A DNA stretch of 64,000 nt from a virus: IMG/VR virus record IMGVR_UViG_3300044635_002180, positions 1 to 64,000 of that record, one strand, 5' to 3'. The notes below the pieces were generated by a model. The model saw nothing but the letters and a program-made list of their open reading frames with translations. It was not told the DNA's origin and ran no database searches. Numbering within the stretch: position 1 is the stretch's first letter; every line of letters begins with the position of its first letter. This document shows positions 17,957 to 27,345 of this stretch, one piece after another. The position numbers and the translations under genes were made by a program.

Positions 17957-18715
17957 ATGAGCTTTAATGATGTTGGTAAAGTACAGACATTTAATGAATT
18001 TGCAAAAACCCTACAAGCAAAGCGGCCACCTGCATGGGCTACCAGCATTACTCTACACCATACTGCATCTCCCTCACTCACTCAACGACCTAGAGGTTTT
18101 ACAATAAAACATATAGAAAATATGCGCGATTTTTACAGGTCCCTGGGGTGGAGGAGAGGGCCACACCTTTTTATAGACGAGGATCAGATATGGCATATGA
18201 CTCCTTTGATGGAGAGAGGTGTTCATGCTGTTTCTTTCAACTCAAGAGCCATTGGCATTGAGGTATTGGGTGATTATGATGATGAAGATCCATTTACAGG
18301 CAGAGGGTTGCAATGCTGGCACCTTGCTGCAAAAACCACTGCATTGCTATTAAATTGGCTTGGTGCTGAGATGAACGAATCAACCATCTTGTTTCACCGA
18401 GATGATCCTAAAACCAGCAAGACATGCCCAGGTTCCAAAATTAAAAAAGATTGGTTCTTCAATTTAATTTCAAAAGATCAAAGTTCTGTTGATGCATGTG
18501 AGCCGCAATTTTTAATCAAAAGCAATTGTGATGCTGTGGTGGATTACGTAGTCAAACACAAAGGTTACTCTCAAAAGGAAGCAGCAAAGCTATTATCCAG
18601 AAAAAACAATTTGTTCTTTTTTGGCAATGACTGGCTAGAGGGTGCCTTTTATGATAAATCTGCAGGTGCCACCATTGCACCCATTGCAGAGTTGCAACAA
18701 ATTAAGAACAAATAG
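17957..18715 (+). CDS. N-acetylmuramoyl-L-alanine amidase (Amidase_2) endolysin
   Basis: ITLHHTA, PHLFID, GVHA..FN..AIGIE, FHRD...K.CPG. Confidence 0.9.
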   Translation: MSFNDVGKVQTFNEFAKTLQAKRPPAWATSITLHHTASPSLTQRPRGFTIKHIENMRDFYRSLGWRRGPHLFIDEDQIWHMTPLMERGVHAVSFNSRAIGIEVLGDYDDEDPFTGRGLQCWHLAAKTTALLLNWLGAEMNESTILFHRDDPKTSKTCPGSKIKKDWFFNLISKDQSSVDACEPQFLIKSNCDAVVDYVVKHKGYSQKEAAKLLSRKNNLFFFGNDWLEGAFYDKSAGATIAPIAELQQIKNK

Positions 18716-18743
18716 TTGACTGTTTGCAATGATACACTATAAT
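18716..18743 (+). promoter_or_regulatory. sigma70-type promoter TTGACT-16-TATAAT, 6 nt before ATG
   Basis: Read directly. Confidence 0.75.
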
Positions 18744-18749
18744 TGGTGT

Positions 18750-19304
18750 ATGAAGAAACAGAAAATTATTTTGACGAGAGGTTTGCCTGCAAGTGGCAAG
18801 AGTACCTGGAGCATGGAGTTTGTAAAGAACTCTAATGGCAAGGCTAAGCGAGTAAATAAAGATTTGCTCCGTGAGATGATTGATGCTGGAGTTTACTCCA
18901 AGCCTAATGAGCAGATGATCCTTGCTGCTCGAGATGCTCTGGTTGATACGTGGCTTGCTAATGATATTGAAACCATCATTGTTGATGATACCAACTTTGA
19001 GGAAAAACATTTTGAACGCATGAAGGAAATTGCTGATCAACAACGATACAAACACGAATGCAAATACCTTACTACAGACATCAATATTGAATATAAAGAC
19101 TTCCTGGATGTACCTCTTGAAGATTGTTTGCATCGCGATTCTTTGAGACCTAAACCTGTTGGTGAAAAGGTCATCAAGAGTATGCATCAACGTTATATTC
19201 TACCAACTATCAAGGATAACACATTTACAAACATCAAAAATGCAGGCGTTGATAACTGGCAAGGCTATGATTATGCTCGCGAACTCAAACAAGAAGCATC
19301 ATGA
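18750..19304 (+). CDS. polynucleotide kinase (PseT/Pnk kinase domain only; phosphatase domain absent)
   Basis: GLPASGKST, RVNKD.LR, IVDDTN, C..RD..R...V...VI..M; unrelated tail AGVDNWQGYDYA. Confidence 0.8.
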   Translation: MKKQKIILTRGLPASGKSTWSMEFVKNSNGKAKRVNKDLLREMIDAGVYSKPNEQMILAARDALVDTWLANDIETIIVDDTNFEEKHFERMKEIADQQRYKHECKYLTTDINIEYKDFLDVPLEDCLHRDSLRPKPVGEKVIKSMHQRYILPTIKDNTFTNIKNAGVDNWQGYDYARELKQEAS

Positions 19305-19666
19305 ACTTAAAAGATTACACAACAGAACAACTACTTGCTGAATTAAAAAAACGAAAAGTTTCTAGTGATGAAATAAGTTTTAAAATGCAAAAAGTAGAAG
19401 GTGCAAAATGGAGTGATTTGACTCTTGTTTATACCATTGAAAAGACAGTCTTTACAAATAAAGAATATCTAAAAATAGCACCTTTTTACAAAGGAGTTTT
19501 TTGCTACGAAGATCTTGGACGAGCTGTTGACAATCTGTTGCCATCTTGTTTGTCAGAATCAGAAGAGTGCATTTATGAGTATGAAGGCGATCCACAAACA
19601 GGCATTTCATATCTTCAAAATTTGGGATTCAAAATGAAAAGAGATGATGAATTTTTCGAATATTAA
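19301..19666 (+). CDS. hypothetical protein
   Basis: ATGA overlap. Confidence 0.6.
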   Translation: MNLKDYTTEQLLAELKKRKVSSDEISFKMQKVEGAKWSDLTLVYTIEKTVFTNKEYLKIAPFYKGVFCYEDLGRAVDNLLPSCLSESEECIYEYEGDPQTGISYLQNLGFKMKRDDEFFEY

Positions 19667-19757
19667 AACGTTGCCCTGCAAAATACAAGAAAATGAATAA
19701 ACTAACAATTTTTGCAAACGGTGAACATCACAGCATTGACGAAGCACTAAAAATACT

Positions 19758-19958
19758 ATGAAAAAACTATCTCTTGAGGAAGGTCATCTTGTTTTGCGTA
19801 ACCTTGACGGAACTCTTTGTTGGAGTCGTCATTGGGTTGATATGATTGGTTCATACCAAGGCAATAATGATGGTGGTGGCTATATTGAAATCTTCATCGA
19901 AGGAACCCTTCATCAAAAATCAAAATATCCAGAAGAGGAAGGAAAATATGAACTTTAA
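19758..19958 (+). CDS. hypothetical protein
   Basis: Small ORF in a gene-dense run. Confidence 0.5.
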   Translation: MKKLSLEEGHLVLRNLDGTLCWSRHWVDMIGSYQGNNDGGGYIEIFIEGTLHQKSKYPEEEGKYEL

Positions 19959-20235
19959 AGAAACAAAATTCGCATATCGTCACAAGCCAACAGGCAAGTG
20001 GGTTAGATTATATACAGGTTTTTTTGATAATAAACCTTACATGGATTTTCATCATGAAAAATTCCATCCTGAAATGCTTAGTAATAAAAAACCCATTAAA
20101 AAAGATTTGCTTCGAAGCACTATGAATGGTGAAAGATATGCTGCTCAAAACTTTCTTGAGTTTGAGCTTGTGGAAGTTGAAGTCGAATATAAGATTAAAC
20201 AATCAGGTGCTTGCAAAAACCCAAACACACTTTAA
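19948..20235 (+). CDS. hypothetical protein
   Basis: Start at MNFKE. Confidence 0.55.
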   Translation: MNFKETKFAYRHKPTGKWVRLYTGFFDNKPYMDFHHEKFHPEMLSNKKPIKKDLLRSTMNGERYAAQNFLEFELVEVEVEYKIKQSGACKNPNTL

Positions 20236-20243
20236 AATACATT

Positions 20244-20798
20244 ATGGCACACTACGATACAGCACCAGAGGAAATCATTAATCTCATCAACGACACCATT
20301 GAAGAGTTTCACCCAGAACTTGTAGAAGCACAAGTTACCATTGATGCAATGCTTGCTTATGATGACAAGGGAGGATTTCCAGTAAAAGCAGCAGGTTATC
20401 CAGCTCTTGCTGCAATCAAAATTACTTCTTTGAAGAACCGCGTCAAAGGCATGGCTGATGCAGAAATCACCATTGATGCAGATGCATTCAAAGGCATGAA
20501 CAGTGATCAGCAAAAAGCATTGATTGATCATGAATTGTATCATTTGATTGTTGCAAGAGACAAAGAAGACAACATCAAAACAGATGATGCCAATCGGCCT
20601 AAATTGAGAATTCGCAAGCATGATCATCAAATGGGCTGGTTCAAAGCCATTGCCATCAGACACAAGCAAAATTCTCCTGAAGTTTATCAGGCAACATTGC
20701 TGTGGGATAGTGATGCTCCCATCTTTTTTGCCAAACAAGTTGAAAGTATTGCAAAAGATGTTACATTGCAACATGTCACACAAGAGACCAATACTTAA
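20244..20798 (+). CDS. putative phage metallopeptidase
   Basis: ALIDHELYH (HExxH), R.HD; promoter TTGCAA-16-TAAAAT 5 nt before ATG. Confidence 0.75.
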   Translation: MAHYDTAPEEIINLINDTIEEFHPELVEAQVTIDAMLAYDDKGGFPVKAAGYPALAAIKITSLKNRVKGMADAEITIDADAFKGMNSDQQKALIDHELYHLIVARDKEDNIKTDDANRPKLRIRKHDHQMGWFKAIAIRHKQNSPEVYQATLLWDSDAPIFFAKQVESIAKDVTLQHVTQETNT

Positions 20799-21390
20799 AC
20801 TCAATGCAGCGTTCTTTCCACTTGCCACAAGCTCCTGGACTGACATTGTAGTCAATATTTTTTCTGGGGCAGCGCATCCATTAGACATTTGGTATGCTCA
20901 AAATGAAGATGGTACCTATGATGAAACAACTGTTGAATACTTCAATGTAGTTAAAAATTGGAAAGAATGGGCTTCATTGCCTATTCGTTGCATTGATGAT
21001 TATGTGCACACCACATCTGGTCCTGTTCGCTTGCCCAGTGTTGTTATAGCTTCTCGTTACAACAAGGTGAAGTACAAGACTGTGCAGTTTCCTACCAAGC
21101 AAAACATCTTCAAGAGAGACAAATACACTTGCGGTTATTCTGGCCGCAAGTTGCAAAAGAATGAATTGAGCGTAGATCACATTTTGCCCATTAGTCGTGG
21201 GGGTGGTAATACCTGGGAGAATTTGATCACTTGCTGCAAGTCTGTGAATACGTTCAAGGACAATAGAACTCCAACAGAATGTGGTTTAAAATTGCTTTGG
21301 AAACCTGCAAAGCCTTCTAATGGTATTGAGAGCCTTGTGTTTGACAACATGCGCGATGATTGGAATATGTTTTTAGGGTCAATGAAATGA
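20773..21390 (+). CDS. HNH endonuclease (McrA-like family)
   Basis: ILKLN..., IFKRDKYTCGYSG, VDHILPISRGG.NTWENL, N..K..RTP; promoter TTGAAA-16-TACATT 5 nt before ATG. Confidence 0.85.
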   Translation: MSHKRPILKLNAAFFPLATSSWTDIVVNIFSGAAHPLDIWYAQNEDGTYDETTVEYFNVVKNWKEWASLPIRCIDDYVHTTSGPVRLPSVVIASRYNKVKYKTVQFPTKQNIFKRDKYTCGYSGRKLQKNELSVDHILPISRGGGNTWENLITCCKSVNTFKDNRTPTECGLKLLWKPAKPSNGIESLVFDNMRDDWNMFLGSMK

Positions 21391-21983
21391 GCAATAGATT
21401 ATATAGTGATATTAAAATGAAAAAAGATTTATGGTATAAAACTCCACACGCATTGTCATGGGACGATTGGGAGAGCTGGCGCGTTAATGTGCGCCAACAA
21501 TATCCAGTTCAATACTTCTTTCGAGAGGAGGTGAGCCTATGTTTTAGCATCATGTGGCGCAGAATCAAAGATTTCAAATATAAGATCAAATGTTTCTTCT
21601 TTCCTAAGCATCAAGAAATTCGTAAAACAATTCCCCGCACATGGATGGATCTCTGCGATCTCGTTGTTGATCTCAACTTCGCCATGATTCTCAGCTTTAA
21701 GAAAGAGGCTGATGAATCTTTGGTTGATTGGGATGGAACTGTAGAACATCGTAAGTTTAAAAACTGGCTTGCTGCTGCTGCTGACTGGATTGAAAAGGCT
21801 CGCCCAGCTTTGGAGAAGCAAAAAGATAATTCCTACCCACCTCTGGGACCGTTTAAAGAACGGTCAGGAAAGACATATGAGGAGCTTTATGGTGAAGTTA
21901 ATCGCATAGAAAAACTGATCAACGAAACTGACTCCAATATTCTCAAACAGATGATTGAGTACCGAGATTACATGTGGACATAA
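21387..21983 (+). CDS. conserved phage hypothetical protein
   Basis: Long ORF ending ..YMWT. Confidence 0.7.
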   Translation: MSNRLYSDIKMKKDLWYKTPHALSWDDWESWRVNVRQQYPVQYFFREEVSLCFSIMWRRIKDFKYKIKCFFFPKHQEIRKTIPRTWMDLCDLVVDLNFAMILSFKKEADESLVDWDGTVEHRKFKNWLAAAADWIEKARPALEKQKDNSYPPLGPFKERSGKTYEELYGEVNRIEKLINETDSNILKQMIEYRDYMWT

Positions 21984-21985
21984 TT

Positions 21986-22249
21986 ATGGAAAACCGAAAA
22001 TGCACTTGCGATTGGTGTTCAATTCGCTCACCTTTGTGTGAAAAAATTCGTTTCTTGCTACAAGATAATAAAGAAGAACAAAAGGCATTTGATGATATGA
22101 TCAATGATCTGATGATGTCAGAGACTGATGCAGTTTATTGGAAAGACAAATATTATGGCACATGGCCAAGCGATACTGTGGAAGATATTCAACATCACAT
22201 TGAAAGACTACAAGCTCGCATAAAAGAATTACAGAATGAAAATCAATAA
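21986..22249 (+). CDS. hypothetical protein (CxCxxC)
   Basis: ORF. Confidence 0.55.
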   Translation: MENRKCTCDWCSIRSPLCEKIRFLLQDNKEEQKAFDDMINDLMMSETDAVYWKDKYYGTWPSDTVEDIQHHIERLQARIKELQNENQ

Positions 22250-22394
22250 AGAAAAACTCTACAAACTCTACATGCAAGAGGTGGAGGCTATTTGTGAAGT
22301 GTGTGATTGGAAAACTAATTTCAGCGCAGAAGAATGCGTAAACATTGTATCTTATCTTTTAGAAGAGAATCCAGATTTAATTAATTATGAATAA
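22236..22394 (+). CDS. small hypothetical protein (not in the ORF track)
   Basis: MKINKEKLYKLYMQEVEAICEVCDWK..., overlaps both neighbours. Confidence 0.55.
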   Translation: MKINKEKLYKLYMQEVEAICEVCDWKTNFSAEECVNIVSYLLEENPDLINYE

Positions 22395-22557
22395 TAAAGT
22401 AGAACTCATAGGCGTTTATGGATCAGACGATATTCATGCATGCTCTGCATGGACTTCAACTGGTAGAGACATTACAGAAGAACAGCGCAATTTGCAGTTA
22501 AAATCCAACATGGAAGCTGCTACAAAATTTTTTAAAGATAAAAATATTAGATCATGA
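22387..22557 (+). pseudogene. thyX: truncated ThyX-like N-terminus fused to an unrelated tail
   Basis: MNNKVELIGVYGSDDIHACSAWTSTGRDITEE resembles the N-terminus of phage flavin-dependent thymidylate synthases; only 56 aa, no HxSxFE/RHR motifs. Confidence 0.55.
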
Positions 22558-22988
22558 ACACAGTTAATCACTACACAGACTTTGCCAATGCAGAAAAATA
22601 CGCCAAAGATTATGATGCCATCATTTCTCTTGGTCATTTTCTTCCAGAACAATTTCGCGAAGGTAAAAAATATTTGTTTTTAGATTTTGAAGATGAAACA
22701 TTTGGCTCCATTGCAACCAATCCCGAAGATGCAAAGCATGCGCCCACTGAAGGACATGTTCGTCAAATTATTGAGTTTGTGCGCGAGCTTGCTCCCATTG
22801 ATAAGCTGCTGATTCATTGCTTTGCTGGTTACAGCAGAAGCCCTGCTGGGGTTTTAATTGCAAAATGTGAGCGAGATGGTAAAACTCCTCATCAAGCAAA
22901 AGACGAACTCAAAGATGCTAGAATTCCAGACAAGCTGATACCTCATCCAAATGATATTATGCTGCATCAATATCTAATGATCAAATGA
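22554..22988 (+). CDS. protein tyrosine/dual-specificity phosphatase-like protein
   Basis: LLIHCFAGYSRS (CX5R), F.D loop, C-terminal PN. Confidence 0.85.
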   Translation: MNTVNHYTDFANAEKYAKDYDAIISLGHFLPEQFREGKKYLFLDFEDETFGSIATNPEDAKHAPTEGHVRQIIEFVRELAPIDKLLIHCFAGYSRSPAGVLIAKCERDGKTPHQAKDELKDARIPDKLIPHPNDIMLHQYLMIK

Positions 22989-22989
22989 T

Positions 22990-23184
22990 ATGAAAATTGG
23001 ACCAAGAGAATACAATGATCAAGAGACTGCTATAATTGGGAGTTGTAAGATGCAAATTCAATCTCTTCAATCAGAAATTGAAGAACACTGGCAAATACTC
23101 ATCAAGCAGTTGAATGTACCTGATAAAATTCCAAATCCAGAAACGGACCATCTTTGGGATTATATCATGAATGATTTCATTTGA
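22990..23184 (+). CDS. hypothetical protein
   Basis: ORF. Confidence 0.5.
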   Translation: MKIGPREYNDQETAIIGSCKMQIQSLQSEIEEHWQILIKQLNVPDKIPNPETDHLWDYIMNDFI

Positions 23185-23214
23185 TTTTTACAGGAAATAT
23201 CTTATACTATAAGA

Positions 23215-23928
23215 ATGAAAGAAAAAGATAAAATAATAATGCTTGGTGATATTCATGGCGAATTTGGTAAATTCCGGTGGTTTCTAAGAAATATTAGCGA
23301 CGCTTATATCATACAAGTGGGTGACTTTGGCGCTGGTTTTCACAAAGAAAATTATTACAAGACTGAGTTTAATCAACTCAATGATAAGCTCGAAGATACG
23401 AATTGCCATGTATACGCAATTCGAGGCAACCATGATAATCCTGCATGGTTCAAAGAATCTAACAACCCGTTCGATTTAAAGAATATCACATTGCTGCAAG
23501 ATTATTCAGAGTTGAATCTACTTGGCAAAAGCATCTTGCTTGTTGGTGGTGCCATAAGCATTGACCGAAGATTCCGTGTACCTGACAAAAGTTATTGGCA
23601 TGATGAAAGTTTTGTCCTCAAGCTAGACGATGAATTTCCATACAAGGATCGCCAGTATGATGTTGTTGTAACTCACACTCGACCAGGTGTATGTGGTTCT
23701 TTCAAAGGATTTTCCAACATCAAAGATTGGATTGATCAAGATGCAGATCTCAAGAATGATTTGATTGAAGAAAGTCAAGCATTAGACTATCTGTACGAAC
23801 ACACTAAACCCAAGCATTGGATGTACGGACATTTTCATTGTGGTGATGTAACTACGTATGAAGATACAATCTTTAGATGCTTAGACATTGATGAATTATA
23901 TGAACACAACACCCTCATACTTCCATAA
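23215..23928 (+). CDS. calcineurin-like metallophosphoesterase
   Basis: GDIHG, QVGDFG, RGNHD, GGA.SID, VTH, GHFH; promoter TTGATT-16-TATACT 6 nt before ATG. Confidence 0.9.
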   Translation: MKEKDKIIMLGDIHGEFGKFRWFLRNISDAYIIQVGDFGAGFHKENYYKTEFNQLNDKLEDTNCHVYAIRGNHDNPAWFKESNNPFDLKNITLLQDYSELNLLGKSILLVGGAISIDRRFRVPDKSYWHDESFVLKLDDEFPYKDRQYDVVVTHTRPGVCGSFKGFSNIKDWIDQDADLKNDLIEESQALDYLYEHTKPKHWMYGHFHCGDVTTYEDTIFRCLDIDELYEHNTLILP

Positions 23929-24126
23929 ACATGCTGTTTTTATCAGCAGAATTTCAGATACCATTTGCTTTGGCCACACCGGCATAAGCTTCACTGATGC
24001 TTCATGCGGTAGTGGTTATTGGTTTCACCCAGATGGCATGGAACAAGTAATTCATGTACAACCAACTGAAGTTTGGTTTGATGAAGACGCTTATATCATT
24101 GGACCACCCAATTATAAATAAAATTT

Positions 24127-24327
24127 ATGAACGAAGAAATGCTTAAAAATGAAATTGCACAATTGCAAACTGATCTCGAGATTATGCGCAAGAAAAAAGA
24201 ATACTATGAACAATTTTATTCTCCTTGCTTAGGCATTTATTATGGTCGCGTTGCAATGAGTGATGATGCCATCATTGACAACATTAAAAAGATCGAAAAG
24301 CTTCTGCGTGAACCAAACTTCAATTAA
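24127..24327 (+). CDS. hypothetical protein
   Basis: ORF. Confidence 0.5.
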   Translation: MNEEMLKNEIAQLQTDLEIMRKKKEYYEQFYSPCLGIYYGRVAMSDDAIIDNIKKIEKLLREPNFN

Positions 24328-24331
24328 CATT

Positions 24332-24640
24332 ATGACAGAAAAAGAATTCGTAATTTGGCTGCATGGCTTTTTAGAAATAAGCAGCGTTAAAACGCTGGAC
24401 GAAAATCAACTGCAGGTGATCAAAGATCATCTTAATACTTTTTTCGTCAAGGTTACACCAAACCGTGAGAAAGATGATGTATCAGAAGAGCAGAGAGAAA
24501 TGCGTATACCACCTGTTTATCCACATGCTAACTGGCCTACCATTCCAAAAGCTCCAGGTAATACGCCACCAAAATTTTCAGAAATTTGGTGCTGTGATAA
24601 TACCACCACACAATATCCCAACAATCAAACATACTGCTAA
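24332..24640 (+). CDS. hypothetical protein (F..WL.GF.E...IKDHL..F.KVTP family)
   Basis: Motif familiar from phage proteins. Confidence 0.6.
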   Translation: MTEKEFVIWLHGFLEISSVKTLDENQLQVIKDHLNTFFVKVTPNREKDDVSEEQREMRIPPVYPHANWPTIPKAPGNTPPKFSEIWCCDNTTTQYPNNQTYC

Positions 24641-24641
24641 C

Positions 24642-25247
24642 ATGGATAATCAAATTAATTTCGAACAACAATTAATGCAAAAATACCCAGACCTCTTCTA
24701 TAAAAAAGAAGACGGTACTTTGGAATGTCCTTGTGGTGCATGGGTACCACGCGGATGGGAGTCCATTGTAGATGAGTTGTGCGGCTCAATCACTAACTAC
24801 ACTAAAGGCACATATCGAAGCAAATGCGAAATCACCAGCAAAAAATATTACCTCTGGAGTGGGGTGGCTGATATTCTTAATTGGGTTCACAGACATTTGT
24901 TTGTTAAACTATTTCCAAAATACAATAAATGGAAGTATAATAAATCATTCTTTTTATTTCTTAATAGGTTTAGGAGCCGCACGCACAAGCATGTCAAGTA
25001 TCTCAAAGATTATCCACCAGATGTAAAAATTGATCAAATCAAAGAAAAATTCGGAGAGCTTCGATTTTACTATTCAGGTGGTGATGAGCAAGTGGCTGGA
25101 ATGGTTCGCTTTGCAGAATATCTTTGCAGCAAAACATGTGAAGTGAGTGGTGAAAAGGGACGTCTTTGTATTCGTGGTAATTGGTATAAAACTCTTTCTG
25201 AAAACACTCGCAGTACAGACATTTACAAAGACTACAAACCTGTATAA
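24642..25247 (+). CDS. conserved phage hypothetical protein (GW..I / QIKEKFG.LRFY / CE..G family)
   Basis: Motifs. Confidence 0.7.
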   Translation: MDNQINFEQQLMQKYPDLFYKKEDGTLECPCGAWVPRGWESIVDELCGSITNYTKGTYRSKCEITSKKYYLWSGVADILNWVHRHLFVKLFPKYNKWKYNKSFFLFLNRFRSRTHKHVKYLKDYPPDVKIDQIKEKFGELRFYYSGGDEQVAGMVRFAEYLCSKTCEVSGEKGRLCIRGNWYKTLSENTRSTDIYKDYKPV

Positions 25248-25419
25248 TAACATTCAACCTCTGGTAAAATATGTTTGAAAGATTTGACTCTGGCCCTGGT
25301 TGGAGAGATGAAACTGATGAAAATCAGCCACCGCCTCCTTGGTATATGCAAGTTCTAGGTTTGGTTATAGTTGCGGCAGTCATTTGGATTGTTTACGAAG
25401 GAATTAAAAGTCTATAATT

Positions 25420-25740
25420 ATGGAATATTCAGAAACAGTCACAATCGAACGCAATTACTACTTTGATATAAATGGTGAAAAAGTGCCAAACGAAGAAGAC
25501 ATGCTGGCATTTCTACTGGATGAAGGCATCTTGTTTTCTGGCAATGATTATGGAGATGGCACTGTAAATCTTTACATCAACATTAATGATTATTTTGCAC
25601 CTGCTGCTGATGCAGAGAGTTTACCAGACAAAGACATTGCGAAACTATTTGAAATGTATAGGGAAAACGGTTATAATGGTGTTGCTCAATATGTAGCAGA
25701 TAAAAGAGGCATTCCAAACAAAAGATGGAGAGACAAATGA
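25420..25740 (+). CDS. hypothetical protein
   Basis: ORF. Confidence 0.6.
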   Translation: MEYSETVTIERNYYFDINGEKVPNEEDMLAFLLDEGILFSGNDYGDGTVNLYININDYFAPAADAESLPDKDIAKLFEMYRENGYNGVAQYVADKRGIPNKRWRDK

Positions 25741-25902
25741 ACGAAACAGAACAAAAACTACTAGAGAGAGCAATCAAAGCAGAAGCTCAAGCAAAGTTTC
25801 TTGTTGAAGCGTTATATAAAATTAGAACAATTTCTCCTTTTGATAAAGCTTATTATATTGCAGATGCCGCATGTGCTGGCTATGAAAACCCAAAAGAATA
25901 AT

Positions 25903-26205
25903 ATGACACAAGAACAAATCAAAAACGTCGAATCAGTTGTTAAACTCGCTCTTGAAATCTATGCTGACAAGCAAGAACAGTGGGACACCAACATTGAAAC
26001 AATCACCAAAGAAGCTTTTGCAGAACTAAGGATAAAACCCGTGCACCAAACGACTCTTCAAAGAAAAGACTGTGAAATAGATCGTTTCAAAGAAGGACTA
26101 AGGCAACATGAAAACGCCATTGACAATCTGAGAGGATACATTACATTCTTGGAGAGCAAAATCTCTAAACTAGAGAATGAACTTGACGAACATGAAAGTT
26201 ATTAA
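25903..26205 (+). CDS. coiled-coil hypothetical protein
   Basis: ORF. Confidence 0.55.
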   Translation: MTQEQIKNVESVVKLALEIYADKQEQWDTNIETITKEAFAELRIKPVHQTTLQRKDCEIDRFKEGLRQHENAIDNLRGYITFLESKISKLENELDEHESY

Positions 26206-26209
26206 TTAT

Positions 26210-26560
26210 ATGAGTAAAAAAACAAAAAATCTTTTTAGAGTTGACCTCAATTTAAAATATCTTGTTTATACTGACAAAGAAAAATATACAGAGGACGATG
26301 TGTTAGATTGGATTCAAAATGAGGTGCATTCTAATGAATTTGATGGTGATGGTGCATTAGAAATTGAAAAAGTTGAATCTTCTGAACAAATTCAAGACTT
26401 TTTAGACATGGATATTGAATATTATGTCTATTATACAAGCGGAGAAGATGACAGTACTTCTATTGATACTTTGGTTGAAGAGCTAGGTCTTGATGCAAAT
26501 ATTCTTGTTGAAAAACTTCGCAAGCTTGGATATACTGTCTCTAAACCCAAAAAGAAATGA
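26210..26560 (+). CDS. acidic hypothetical protein
   Basis: ORF. Confidence 0.6.
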   Translation: MSKKTKNLFRVDLNLKYLVYTDKEKYTEDDVLDWIQNEVHSNEFDGDGALEIEKVESSEQIQDFLDMDIEYYVYYTSGEDDSTSIDTLVEELGLDANILVEKLRKLGYTVSKPKKK

Positions 26561-26705
26561 ATATTATGAGTAATCTACTAGCATTAGCTATTGAAATCCC
26601 TGATTGGCTCTTTTGTGGTCCATATTGGGGAGGATTTTTTACAGCAACTGCACTTGGAGTGGCATTGTTCCTATATGTAATGTCAAACTTTAATCCGTTC
26701 GGATA

Positions 26706-27062
26706 ATGAGTGAGGAAGATAAGATTTATGAATATCTTGTTGCTAACAGCAAGATAAAACGAACTCCAAAAGCAATTATGACAGAAGAAGAATTTAAAAC
26801 AAAATACAAATACCGAAGCTGGGAATGGCCAAAAATTGGTGATAAAGTAAAATTCAAAACATTCCTTGGAATGTTCTACCCATACTTCACCAACGTTATT
26901 CAATTCGCCAAAGACAACTTAAAGGTTGGTGAAATTTATACAGTCCGCAATTGTGAAGTTTATAGTTCATGGTGCGCTGTATGGTTAGATGAAATTGAAG
27001 GCGATCATTTCTTTCACCTCTCAATGTTTGAATGGCCAATAAAGGAGGGAAACAATGAGTAG
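26706..27062 (+). CDS. hypothetical protein
   Basis: ORF. Confidence 0.6.
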   Translation: MSEEDKIYEYLVANSKIKRTPKAIMTEEEFKTKYKYRSWEWPKIGDKVKFKTFLGMFYPYFTNVIQFAKDNLKVGEIYTVRNCEVYSSWCAVWLDEIEGDHFFHLSMFEWPIKEGNNE

Positions 27063-27345
27063 ATATAACGACCCAAACAATAAAGTAATGGATGGTTGGC
27101 CAACTATTATAATGTTGATTTTATTCATTTCGGGTATAGTTTATATTTGGCTCAATAATTAAAAAAGCAAATGAATATTAATACAAAAATAAGTGAATTA
27201 GAAGAACATGCTGTTTATGGTGTGACTTGTAAATCTTTTGCAATATTACTAAAAGATAACAACATCTCTAAGAAAGAAATTATAGAATATTATAAACATG
27301 ATAGAGAATTTCTTGAGTTAGCTGATTTAGATGATATTTTTAAAA

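Noticed and set aside
17832-17957. Group I intron splitting the amidase
   Set aside because: The intervening 95 nt are too short and unstructured, and the downstream gene is already complete
20773-21390. HNH as an IscB/Cas9-like RNA-guided nuclease
   Set aside because: Only ~205 aa, no RuvC motifs and no adjacent non-coding space for a guide RNA
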